Shown in pieces: positions 8,842 to 16,657 of a stretch of DNA of 24,000 nucleotides. This DNA is from Dehalococcoidia bacterium (GTDB lineage: Bacteria; Chloroflexota; Dehalococcoidia; Lucifugimonadales; JAGWBF01). Each line of letters begins with the position of its first letter. Within the stretch, counting starts at the first letter, position 1. The notes below the pieces were generated by a model that did no database searches, was not told the DNA's origin, and saw only the letters and a program-made list of their open reading frames with translations. Where the stretch lies: assembly GCA_965220375.1 (NCBI GenBank), contig OZ244824.1, positions 1,178,968 to 1,202,967 on the forward strand, given 5' to 3'. The translations under genes and the position numbers were made by a program.

Positions 8842-9342
8842 ATGCAGGCTTGGGTGGTCCGCGCAGGAGGGAAGGATCCTGAGGGAGGAAAGGATCAACC
8901 CTCCGTTGCGAAAGACTTTTGGAAGGCTTCGGTTGCCGCCATCGGTTGGGGGATCGGCGATTTGTCTCAAGCCAGCAATAGGGAAGAAATAGAGGCCAAA
9001 CTTCAATTCAAGAATTCGGGCTGGAGCAATTCCAAAATGGGGAACATAACTGGAAGTATCCACCGCTTTGTCCTTGAAATCAGCGTAGGGGACCTGATAG
9101 TCACGCCGGAGCCATTCGGCGGAAGTGATGTTTTGATCGGATATTGTGCAGGCCCTTATGAATACCAACCAGGGTTGATAAAGGACTGTGATGATGCGAG
9201 AAAAGTGAATTGGCAAAAAAAGATTACTAGGGGCAGCCTCTCGGGGCCGCTACGTAGGTCGCTGGTTCCAGGATTGACAGTTTACAACATAAGCAAGCAC
9301 ATCGAAGAGATACAGAACCTGCTGATTAAGACCAAAGACTAG
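8842..9342 (+). CDS. Stand-alone putative sensor domain resembling the N-terminal module of Mrr-type restriction proteins
   Basis: MQAWVVRAGGKDPEG...FWKASVAAIGWGIGDLSQASNREEIEAKL...NSKMGNITGSIHRFVLEISVGDLIVTPEPFGGSDVLIGYCAGPYEYQ...RKVNWQKKITRGSLSGPLRRSLVPGLTVYNIS. The order (xVVRAG, VAIGWG, G-x-hyRF, GDLIVTP, GPYEY, RKVxW) matches my recollection of that module. No catalytic domain follows. Confidence 0.6.
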   Translation: MQAWVVRAGGKDPEGGKDQPSVAKDFWKASVAAIGWGIGDLSQASNREEIEAKLQFKNSGWSNSKMGNITGSIHRFVLEISVGDLIVTPEPFGGSDVLIGYCAGPYEYQPGLIKDCDDARKVNWQKKITRGSLSGPLRRSLVPGLTVYNISKHIEEIQNLLIKTKD

Positions 9343-9383
9343 GACCATCCCGCCGGTGGGAACCGCCAAATACAGGAGGAGAT

Positions 9384-10670
9384 ATGCTTACCCACGAGGA
9401 TAACGAGATCCTGACCCGCACCAATGCAGGCACCCCGTTGGGTGAGGCGATGCGGCGCTACTGGATACCCGCCTGCCTCTCCAGCGAGTTACCTGAGCCC
9501 GACGGCCCGCCCGTCCGGGTAAGGCTCCTGGGGGAGGACCTGATCGCCTTCCGGGACACTTCGGGACGGATAGGACTTCTCGACGAATTCTGCGCCCACC
9601 GGCGCACCTCCCTGTGGCTGGGGCGCAACGAAGAGTGCGGCCTCAGGTGCGTCTATCATGGCTGGAAATACGATGTGGACGGGAACTGCGTCGATATGAT
9701 GAACGAGCCTGCCGAGAGCAGGCTCAAGGATGAGGTGCGTCTCACCGCCTATCCAGCCGTCGAGATGGGCCAGGTGGTTTGGGCCTACATGGGGCCGAAA
9801 GATAGGATGCCGGAACAGCCCAGGTTCGAGTGGACCCAGGTGCCGGACACCCACCGGCTGATCACCAAGAACCGGCAGGAGTGCAACTGGCTGCAGGCCT
9901 TGGAGGGAGGCATAGATACCGCCCATGCCCCCATCCTCCATCGACTGATCACCAAGGACACCAATCGCGTGGGCATCGGGGCAGACACAGAACTGGTCAA
10001 CGCCAAGCCTCCCACCCTGGAAGTGGACATCACCGACTACGGGTACCGCTACGTCGGCCTTCGGGATGTGGCAAACGACTCAGTCCTGGTCCGCACCTAC
10101 CACTTCATCATGCCCTTCCACCAGATACGGCCCCAGCAGCTCCGTTTTCGCGGGGGAGATTGGCACAACATCATCGCCGGCCATATGTGGGTGCCCACCG
10201 ACGACCAGAACGTCATGATTTACAACTGGATATACAGCTTCGACGAGCATCCCCTGATCATAGGGGAGGAGATCGAGCGGGAGCTGGGCAGGGGACCGGG
10301 AGACCTGGGGCCGGACTTCCTGAGCAAACGGAACAAGGGCAACAGCTGGATGATCGACCGCCAGGTGCAGAAGAACGAGAGCTTCACCGGCATAGAGGGC
10401 ATCAACACCCAGGACCAGGCGGTGCAGGAGGCCATGGGGGCCGTAGTTGACCGCTCCCTGGAAGTGCTCTCGACCAGTGATATGGCGGTGGTGAGCGCCC
10501 GGCGCCTCTTGTTGCAGGCTGCCCGCACCGTTGCCGACGGAGGGGACCCTCCCGGCGTGGGAACCAGCTACTACGGCGCCAGGGCGATTGATGAGGTCAT
10601 CCCCAACGACCGAAAGTGGCGGGACGTGATGCTCCCGAAGATGTACGCCGAGTCGAGGGGACAAAGCTAG
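9384..10670 (+). CDS. Rieske (2Fe-2S) aromatic ring-hydroxylating dioxygenase, large/alpha subunit-like
   Basis: CxH...CxxH Rieske signature CAHRRTSLWLGRNEECGLRCVYHGWKYDVDGNC; 428 aa; AGGAGGAG RBS before the ATG. Confidence 0.93.
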   Translation: MLTHEDNEILTRTNAGTPLGEAMRRYWIPACLSSELPEPDGPPVRVRLLGEDLIAFRDTSGRIGLLDEFCAHRRTSLWLGRNEECGLRCVYHGWKYDVDGNCVDMMNEPAESRLKDEVRLTAYPAVEMGQVVWAYMGPKDRMPEQPRFEWTQVPDTHRLITKNRQECNWLQALEGGIDTAHAPILHRLITKDTNRVGIGADTELVNAKPPTLEVDITDYGYRYVGLRDVANDSVLVRTYHFIMPFHQIRPQQLRFRGGDWHNIIAGHMWVPTDDQNVMIYNWIYSFDEHPLIIGEEIERELGRGPGDLGPDFLSKRNKGNSWMIDRQVQKNESFTGIEGINTQDQAVQEAMGAVVDRSLEVLSTSDMAVVSARRLLLQAARTVADGGDPPGVGTSYYGARAIDEVIPNDRKWRDVMLPKMYAESRGQS

Positions 10671-10672
10671 CG

Positions 10673-10703
10673 CCCTCTCCAAGTGGCCTACCTCAGGAGA
10701 GGG
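10673..10703 (+). terminator. Hairpin immediately downstream of the Rieske gene
   Basis: CCCTCTCC (10673-10680) / GGAGAGGG (10696-10703), a perfect 8-bp stem starting 3 nt after the stop codon. No U-tract is visible. Confidence 0.4.
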
Positions 10704-10807
10704 TACTACACGCGGCATTGCCCGCATAGCACCCCTGGAGTGCGGTCCGAAGCCGCAGCCGGGGGCTGAGCGGAGGCCCGAGGACTGGCGCCCTCAAAGT
10801 AGTAGAA

Positions 10808-10836
10808 ACCCAGGACTAAGGACTGCCGTCCTGGGT
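10808..10836 (-). terminator. Terminator-like hairpin downstream of the 46-aa zinc-ribbon gene
   Basis: ACCCAGGAC (10808-10816) / GTCCTGGGT (10828-10836), a perfect 9-bp stem followed on the minus strand by TTTCTACTTT. Confidence 0.55.
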
Positions 10837-10845
10837 CTTCAGGCA

Positions 10846-10986
10846 CTAGGCTTTGCCGATTCGATAGACCTTGGTACCGCAGGTTGAGCAGGTGCCCTGG
10901 GTTGCCGGTCGGCCGTTCTTCAGGGTTACCGGATGGGCATCCTTAATTTCTTTCTTACCACGGCACTTGAAGCAATAAGCATCCAT
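10846..10986 (-). CDS. 46-aa double-CxxC zinc-ribbon protein (resembles DUF5679-type proteins), missed by the ORF track
   Basis: Hand translation: MDAYCFKCRGKKEIKDAHPVTLKNGRPATQGTCSTCGTKVYRIGKA-stop. GGGAGG RBS lies 8 nt upstream of the ATG. A sigma70-like promoter and a downstream hairpin flank the gene. Confidence 0.88.
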   Translation of the reverse strand: MDAYCFKCRGKKEIKDAHPVTLKNGRPATQGTCSTCGTKVYRIGKA

Positions 10987-11025
10987 AGTCTTTCCCTCCC
11001 ATCAGTCACAGCTACACTCTAGCTA

Positions 11026-11054
11026 TAACTAGCATACATAATATTTCTTGTCAA
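11026..11054 (-). promoter_or_regulatory. Sigma70-type promoter for the 46-aa zinc-ribbon gene
   Basis: Minus strand TTGACA (11054-11049), 17-nt spacer, TAGTTA (11031-11026). Confidence 0.65.
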
Positions 11055-11153
11055 GAAGTTGGAAGGCTAGCAATTAACAGATTTGGGTCGAAAAGGGCCA
11101 GCAGGGGTGTGCTCTGTAGCTAGGCAGCCGGGATGGGATGGCGAGGTAAGCCC

Positions 11154-12113
11154 CTAATTCCCGCCGTGCAGCCGGGAAGCGTAAGGGGAGGGAGCATCCA
11201 GGTTGAACAGCTTGTGGGGCAGCCATTGGTTCTTGGGAAGGTCGAAGGACACCACTCCCACGAAGCGCCCGTCCTGGGAATAGGCCCTGTACCGCTCCAT
11301 GTAACGAACATAGGCGCCGATGCTGCGGGGCAGCGCCACAGGCTGCCCCGCCCTCAGCAGCCTCTCGGCGTCCCGGCCAATCGTCAGGCCCTTCAGCTCC
11401 AGGAGGGGGAAGTCCACGTCATACATGTGGCGTTGCCATTCATCCCGGGTCTCCTGGGAAAGGTCTTCAACGGATATTGCGTCATCGGACCTGAATGCGC
11501 CGGACCGGGTGCGTACGAGGCCGCTTAGGTAGGCCCCGCAGCCCAGGGCTTGGCCAAGATCATGGGCCAGGGATCTCATGTAGGCCCCTCTGCCGCTTTC
11601 GGCAATCAGCACCAGGGATGGGGATGTGAACTCCAGTATCTCCAGCCTGTGGATCTCCACGGAGCGAGGCTGCCTCTCCACCTCTATCCCGGAGCGGGCC
11701 AGCTTGTACAAGCGCTTGCCCTCCACCTTGAGAGCGCTGTACATGGGAGGCACCTGCTGGATGGTGCCCCTGAAGGCCTTTAGCGCATCCTCAACCATCT
11801 CCAGGGTGAGCTGGGAGGTGGGCGCCCTTTCCACCACATCCCCTTCTCCGTCGTAGGTGGTCGTGGTGGCGCCCAGGTGCACCTCCATGCGGTACTCTTT
11901 TCCGCTATCTACCAGCAGCTCCATGAGGCGGGTCGCCTGGCCGAAACATATGGGCAGCACCCCTTCGGCTTGGGGGTCAAGGGTGCCGCCGTGGCCTACG
12001 CGCTTCCGGCGTCCCGTATGCTGCTTGACCTGGCGCAGGACATCCATGGATGTTGGCCCGGTGGGCTTGTAAATGTTCAGGAACCCATTGACGGGACTGA
12101 TGTTGTTATTCAT
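11154..12113 (-). CDS. truB: tRNA pseudouridine(55) synthase TruB
   Basis: GFLNIYKPTGPTSMDVLRQVKQHTGRRKRVGHGGTLDPQAEGVLPICFGQATRL contains the TruB catalytic GTLDPxAxGVLP motif. Confidence 0.97.
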   Translation of the reverse strand: MNNNISPVNGFLNIYKPTGPTSMDVLRQVKQHTGRRKRVGHGGTLDPQAEGVLPICFGQATRLMELLVDSGKEYRMEVHLGATTTTYDGEGDVVERAPTSQLTLEMVEDALKAFRGTIQQVPPMYSALKVEGKRLYKLARSGIEVERQPRSVEIHRLEILEFTSPSLVLIAESGRGAYMRSLAHDLGQALGCGAYLSGLVRTRSGAFRSDDAISVEDLSQETRDEWQRHMYDVDFPLLELKGLTIGRDAERLLRAGQPVALPRSIGAYVRYMERYRAYSQDGRFVGVVSFDLPKNQWLPHKLFNLDAPSPYASRLHGGN

Positions 12114-12472
12114 GTCATCTGGGGTGAGGGTCCGTCACCCACCTTGTCCATCAGCTTGAGTATATGCTCAGCTTCGTCCAGGGACTCGTCCAGGTAGTAA
12201 GTAAGCTCCGGTACCTGCTTCAGGGTCAGGCGGGAGCGGAGCTCCTTACGAATAAATCCGCTGGCTGACCCCATGCCCTTGAGCACCATGTCCTTGGCAT
12301 CCCGGCTTCCCATGATACTAACGAACACCTTGGCATAGTGCAGGTCCTCGGAGGTCTCGACCCGTGTGATTGTGACCAAGCCCGACAATCGAGGGTCGTT
12401 GAGGTCCCGGGACACAAGCTGGCTTATCTCCTGGCGTAGGATGCCGTTGATGCGGTCGGTGCGCCTGGTCAT
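12110..12472 (-). CDS. rbfA: Ribosome-binding factor A
   Basis: 120 aa: RINGILRQEISQLVSRDLNDPRLSGLVTITRVETSEDLHYAKVFVS...RLTLKQVPELTYYLDESLDEA. 4-nt overlap with truB. Confidence 0.95.
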   Translation of the reverse strand: MTRRTDRINGILRQEISQLVSRDLNDPRLSGLVTITRVETSEDLHYAKVFVSIMGSRDAKDMVLKGMGSASGFIRKELRSRLTLKQVPELTYYLDESLDEAEHILKLMDKVGDGPSPQMT

Positions 12473-12540
12473 GGGTGGGCTTTCCTATAGCGAGGGTAGT
12501 CCGGGATGAAGGAGGGATGTGAAGAGGCTCGGGGTGGCAG

Positions 12541-14382
12541 TCAGCCCCGTCCCTTCTCCTGTCGGTAGGATTCCAGCACATCCCCTTCCTGGAACTCGGT
12601 GTAGTTGCCAAGCCCGACGCCGCACTCATACCCGTTGGCTATCTCGTTCACCTCTTCCTTGAAGTGGCGAAGACTGGAGATGGTGCCTTCGTGGACGACC
12701 TGGCTGTCCCTGGTTACGCGCACTAGGGAACCGCGGGTGATCCGTCCATCGGTAACCATGCAGCCCGCTATCTTAAGCCTGCGACCCATGGGGAAGATGG
12801 CCCGAATTGCCGCGCGGCCCTGCACAACCTCGTGGTATGTGGCGTCCAGCATGCCGGCAAGGGCCTTTTCTATATCTTCGATGAGATGGTAGATGATGCC
12901 ATAGTGCCGTAGTTCGACCCCTTCCCGGTCGGCCATTTTATCTATGCCCGGCTGAGTGGTGGTGGTGAATCCGATGACTATAGCCTTGGAAGCGGAAGCC
13001 AGAAGGATGTCGCTTTCGGTGATGGTCCCGCTGGCTGCATGGAGGATTCGTACCCGGGCCGCAGCTTCGTTAAGTTGCTCCAGGGCTTGGGAGACGGCCT
13101 CCACGCTGCCTTGAACATCGGCTTTCAAGACCAGGTTTAGCTCCTTGACCTCGCCCGAATCCATCCTTGTTCGGAGCTCTTCCAGGGTCAAAGCCCGCAT
13201 GCTGACGCGCTCAGTCTCTTTTTGACGCAGGCGCTCGTCTTGCAGGTCCCTGGCGGCCTTTTCGCTGCTCGCCACGGTGAAGACATCCCCGGCTTCGGGC
13301 AGGCCGCTGAAACCCATCATCACTACGGGCGTGGATGGACCGGCTTCTGTTATCCTCACGCCCACGTCGGAAACCAGGGCCCGCACCCGGCCTCCAGTCG
13401 TGCCTGCGGTGACATAGTCTCCTATCCGCAGGGTACCCGACTGCACCAAGAGGGTCGCTAGGGGTCCCCGGTTCTTGTCCAGCTTGGCCTCCACGACTGT
13501 TCCCGTTGCCGGCTTTGCGGGGTCTGCTTTGCATTCGGATATCTCGGCCACGGCCAGGATGTTTTCCAGCAGCTCGTCGATGCCGTCGCCCTTCAAGGCG
13601 GAGACCGGGACCACGATGGTGTCGCCGCCCCACTCTTCCAGGAGCAACCCCTGTTCTCCAAGCTGGCGTTTCACCTTGTCGGAGTCGGCGTCCGGCCTGT
13701 CCATCTTGTTGACAGCTACGATCAAGGGAACCTCCGCAGCCTTGGCATGGTCCAGGGCTTCCACCGTTTGAGGCATCACCCCGTCGTCGGCTGCCACCAG
13801 CAGCACCGCCACGTCGGTAACCTGCGCTCCCCTGGCCCGGATAGCGGTGAAGGCTTCGTGACCCGGCGTATCCAGGAAGGTGATATCCTGGTCGTTGTAG
13901 GTAACGGTGTAGGCGCCGATGTGCTGGGTAATTCCCCCGGCTTCCGATGCGGTAATCTTGCTTTTGCGTATGGTGTCCAGCAGTGTGGTCTTGCCGTGAT
14001 CCACGTGACCCAGAATGGTCACCACGGGCGGCCGTGCCTCTAGCGTGGAGTCGTCCACAACTCCCTCGGCGTCCGTCCCCGTGCCGGCGCTGGCAGCGGT
14101 GTGCTCCTCCCGCTTTGTCTTGATACCGAAGGCCGACGTGACCAGGGTTGCAACGTCATAGTCAATCAGCTGGTTCATGGAAGCCATGATGCCGTTCCGC
14201 ATCAGCTGCTTGATGACATCCACGGAACTGAGTTGCGTGATCTCTGCGAGCCTCTTGACCGACAAGGTGTCCGGGATAACGTACACCTTAGAGGCGGCTT
14301 TGCGGGTGGGGGAGCGCTTATCCCCCCGGGGGCCGCGCCTACCTGCATCAGCAGTGGAGGTACGTCGTTCGGTAGATGTCAT
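12541..14382 (-). CDS. infB: Translation initiation factor IF-2
   Basis: VTILGHVDHGKTTLLDTIRKSK, DTPGHEAFTAIRARG, NKMDRPDA and the C-terminal IF-2 domains are present. The start is re-assigned to ATG 14382 (MTSTERRTSTADAGRRG), directly following ylxR, instead of the 14529 extension. Confidence 0.97.
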   Translation of the reverse strand: MTSTERRTSTADAGRRGPRGDKRSPTRKAASKVYVIPDTLSVKRLAEITQLSSVDVIKQLMRNGIMASMNQLIDYDVATLVTSAFGIKTKREEHTAASAGTGTDAEGVVDDSTLEARPPVVTILGHVDHGKTTLLDTIRKSKITASEAGGITQHIGAYTVTYNDQDITFLDTPGHEAFTAIRARGAQVTDVAVLLVAADDGVMPQTVEALDHAKAAEVPLIVAVNKMDRPDADSDKVKRQLGEQGLLLEEWGGDTIVVPVSALKGDGIDELLENILAVAEISECKADPAKPATGTVVEAKLDKNRGPLATLLVQSGTLRIGDYVTAGTTGGRVRALVSDVGVRITEAGPSTPVVMMGFSGLPEAGDVFTVASSEKAARDLQDERLRQKETERVSMRALTLEELRTRMDSGEVKELNLVLKADVQGSVEAVSQALEQLNEAAARVRILHAASGTITESDILLASASKAIVIGFTTTTQPGIDKMADREGVELRHYGIIYHLIEDIEKALAGMLDATYHEVVQGRAAIRAIFPMGRRLKIAGCMVTDGRITRGSLVRVTRDSQVVHEGTISSLRHFKEEVNEIANGYECGVGLGNYTEFQEGDVLESYRQEKGRG

Positions 14383-14681
14383 TGGGCGCCTCTCGCCAGA
14401 GCCAACTCTATCTTGTCCTTGAAGTAGCTCTGAAGATTTTCCTTGTCTTCCTTCGTCATTGTCGCGCGAAGAACATGGTCCAACCGGTTCTTGGCAAGCC
14501 CGCGGTCCCAGCACGGGGGATTGGGGCAAAGGTAAGCGCCTCTCCCGGAAACCTTCCCGGTGGGATCCACCTCGACCCTGCCTTGGGGGGTGCGCACTAT
14601 GCGCACCAGCTGACCCTTGGGCACATGTTCGCCGCAGGCAGCACAGTTCCTGAGCACCGGCCGCTTCGTGCGTGCCGTCAC
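14379..14681 (-). CDS. ylxR: YlxR (RnpM) family RNA-binding protein
   Basis: VTARTKRPVLRNCAACGEHVPKGQLVRIVRTPQGRVEVDPTGKVSGRGAYLCPNPPCWDRGLAKNRLDHVL. GTG start at 14681 lies just after the nusA stop. The longer ORF to 14957 is an antisense-frame extension over nusA. Confidence 0.92.
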   Translation of the reverse strand: MTARTKRPVLRNCAACGEHVPKGQLVRIVRTPQGRVEVDPTGKVSGRGAYLCPNPPCWDRGLAKNRLDHVLRATMTKEDKENLQSYFKDKIELALARGAQ

Positions 14682-14694
14682 GTCCCCGGCGCTC

Positions 14695-16290
14695 CTATCT
14701 CTCTTCCACTCCGGTGCGGGCCTTTTTGCCCCGTGCACCCTTTCTGCCTTTGCTGGAGCCCTGGGACCCTCGTCCTCTCCGGCCCCCGCCCCCACCGCGG
14801 AATTCGCCCAGGATGTCTTCGGCGAACCGTATCTGTCCGGCCCCGGCAGCCACTGCCGGAAGGTTCCACACCTCGGCCTGGATATCCTGGCCGGCGTCTT
14901 CCTCGTCTTCGTCCTCTTCGTCGGGCTCGACTTCCTCCTCCAGCTCCTCAAGGGCAAGCAGGGCCAGCTCCTCGGGGCTCAGCCCCGAGTCCTGGATTTC
15001 AACGCTCTCTTCGGTCGGTTCATCTGGAGGCAGAGCCTCCACCGGGGCAGCAGAGACCACCTCCAGCTCCGATGCGACCGGGCTGGTAGCCGCCTCCAAC
15101 TCCTCAAGGGTCATCTCTTCGATGCCAAGGGCTTCTTCGGCCTGGACAAGCTCGCCTTCCGCTATGGGGGCATCGGGCGCCTCGACAACGCTGCCCGCGG
15201 CTGCGGCCTGGCGGGACTCCGCCGTGGCTTGACGCTCGGCCCTCAGGGTCTCCCACTCCGCCATGCTCAGGATATCCAGCCGGTAGTTGGTGAGCTTGGC
15301 GGCGAGTCGTGCGTTCTGGCCCTCTTTCCCGATGGCCAGGGACAATTGGCGTTCCGGGACTACCACCAGGGCCGAGCCTTCCTGGTCGTTTATCTCGACG
15401 TGGACGACCTCCGAAGGGCTCAGGGCATTGGCCATGAACACCTTCGGGTCCTTGTCCCACCGGACCACGTCGATCTTCTCTCCCTGGAGTTCGTTGACTA
15501 TGCTCTGGATGCGGTTCCCCCGCATCCCGATGCAGGAGCCCACGGGGTCGATCCCTTCCTGTCGCGAGGTAACGGCCACCTTGCTTCGTGAGCCGCCCTC
15601 CCGGGAGATGGCCTTTATCTCCACCACCCCGTTGAACACCTCGGGCACCTCGATTTCAAAGAGGCGCTTCAGCAGGTTCTTGTGGCTGCGCGACACCAGT
15701 ATTTCAGGCCCCTTGGCTGAGCGGCGCACTTCCATCACGTACACCTTGAGGCGCTGCCCTTTCCGGTAGCGTTCGGTGGTCACCTGTTCCTCGGGAAAGA
15801 GCACAGCTTGCGCCCGCCCCAAGTCGATGACCACCACCCGCCCGGGCTCTATCTGGTCAACGACGCCGGAGACAACATCGTCGGTGCGGCTGATGAACTC
15901 GTCGAACACCAGGTCCCGCTCCACCTCCCGGAGCCTTTGCAGGACTACCTGCTTGGCGGTCTGGGCGGCTATGCGGCTGAACTGCAATGATAGCGCCTCG
16001 GTGGCTATCTCTTCACCAACCTCGGCATCGGGCTTCAGCTTGCGGGCGGTAGCGAGGCTCATCTCTCGTTGGCTATCTTCGACCTCTTCAACCACCAACT
16101 TCAGGGCGTACACGCTTACCGGTTCGCCGCTGCTGGGATTCAGCTTGACCGAGATGTTCTGCCCCACGTTCAGGCTATCCTTCTTGAATGCTGAAGCTAG
16201 GGCAACCTCAATTGCTTGCACCACCTGCTCCCTGGGAAGGTGGCGCTCAGCTGCCAACTGGGTAAGAGCAATCAAAAAATCGCTTTTCAT
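14695..16290 (-). CDS. nusA: Transcription termination/antitermination protein NusA with an acidic then basic low-complexity C-terminal tail
   Basis: S1/KH domains ([102 protein letters not shown]). Tail: [20 protein letters not shown]...[29 protein letters not shown]. Confidence 0.96.
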   Translation of the reverse strand: MKSDFLIALTQLAAERHLPREQVVQAIEVALASAFKKDSLNVGQNISVKLNPSSGEPVSVYALKLVVEEVEDSQREMSLATARKLKPDAEVGEEIATEALSLQFSRIAAQTAKQVVLQRLREVERDLVFDEFISRTDDVVSGVVDQIEPGRVVVIDLGRAQAVLFPEEQVTTERYRKGQRLKVYVMEVRRSAKGPEILVSRSHKNLLKRLFEIEVPEVFNGVVEIKAISREGGSRSKVAVTSRQEGIDPVGSCIGMRGNRIQSIVNELQGEKIDVVRWDKDPKVFMANALSPSEVVHVEINDQEGSALVVVPERQLSLAIGKEGQNARLAAKLTNYRLDILSMAEWETLRAERQATAESRQAAAAGSVVEAPDAPIAEGELVQAEEALGIEEMTLEELEAATSPVASELEVVSAAPVEALPPDEPTEESVEIQDSGLSPEELALLALEELEEEVEPDEEDEDEEDAGQDIQAEVWNLPAVAAGAGQIRFAEDILGEFRGGGGGRRGRGSQGSSKGRKGARGKKARTGVEER

Positions 16291-16403
16291 GATGCCTTCT
16301 GCTCCCTTAGAAGGATGGGGCTCGCGGTGGGTGCTGTTTCTACTCTATGCCTTCACCCCCGGGCATTCTGTCACCGCAAAGCGCCTCCCTGTACCTAATG
16401 GAA

Positions 16404-16423
16404 AGCCCCGATAAATCGGGGCT
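16404..16423. repeat. Short perfect palindrome in the nusA leader
   Basis: AGCCCCGA TAAA TCGGGGCT, 8-bp stem with a 4-nt loop. Confidence 0.6.
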
Positions 16424-16449
16424 CCCAACGAGGTCGAGCGTGTACAAAC

Positions 16450-16479
16450 ACTATAACATCCAACGCCATCCGATTGCAA
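16450..16479 (-). promoter_or_regulatory. Putative sigma70 promoter of the nusA-ylxR-infB-rbfA-truB operon
   Basis: Minus strand TTGCAA (16479-16474), 18-nt spacer, TATAGT (16455-16450), about 160 nt upstream of the nusA ATG. Confidence 0.45.
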
Positions 16480-16657
16480 CCAGCCCCCTAGCCATTGACA
16501 GCAGGAACCGGCCAATTATTCCCACCCTGGGTACGGGCGGCCTCAGTCCAGCTTGCCCACCTTCAGGCAGGCGGTCTATAATCTGACCAAAGAGGGCACA
16601 TAGGCTCCGGCATCGAAGACCGGCGCGCATCCACCGCGCAGAGGAGAGCGTTCCACC

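Noticed and set aside
8563-9216. 217-aa minus-strand ORF
   Set aside because: It runs antisense to the 170-aa and 166-aa genes, both of which have plausible motifs and RBSs on the plus strand.
14382-14529. N-terminal extension of IF-2 (ORF start 14529)
   Set aside because: The extension lies in the ylxR coding region in another frame. ATG 14382, overlapping the ylxR end, is the sensible start.
14617-15591. 324-aa plus-strand ORF (and 14376..15089, 15776..16414)
   Set aside because: These are antisense shadows over nusA/ylxR. The strand and frame of the conserved operon explain the region.
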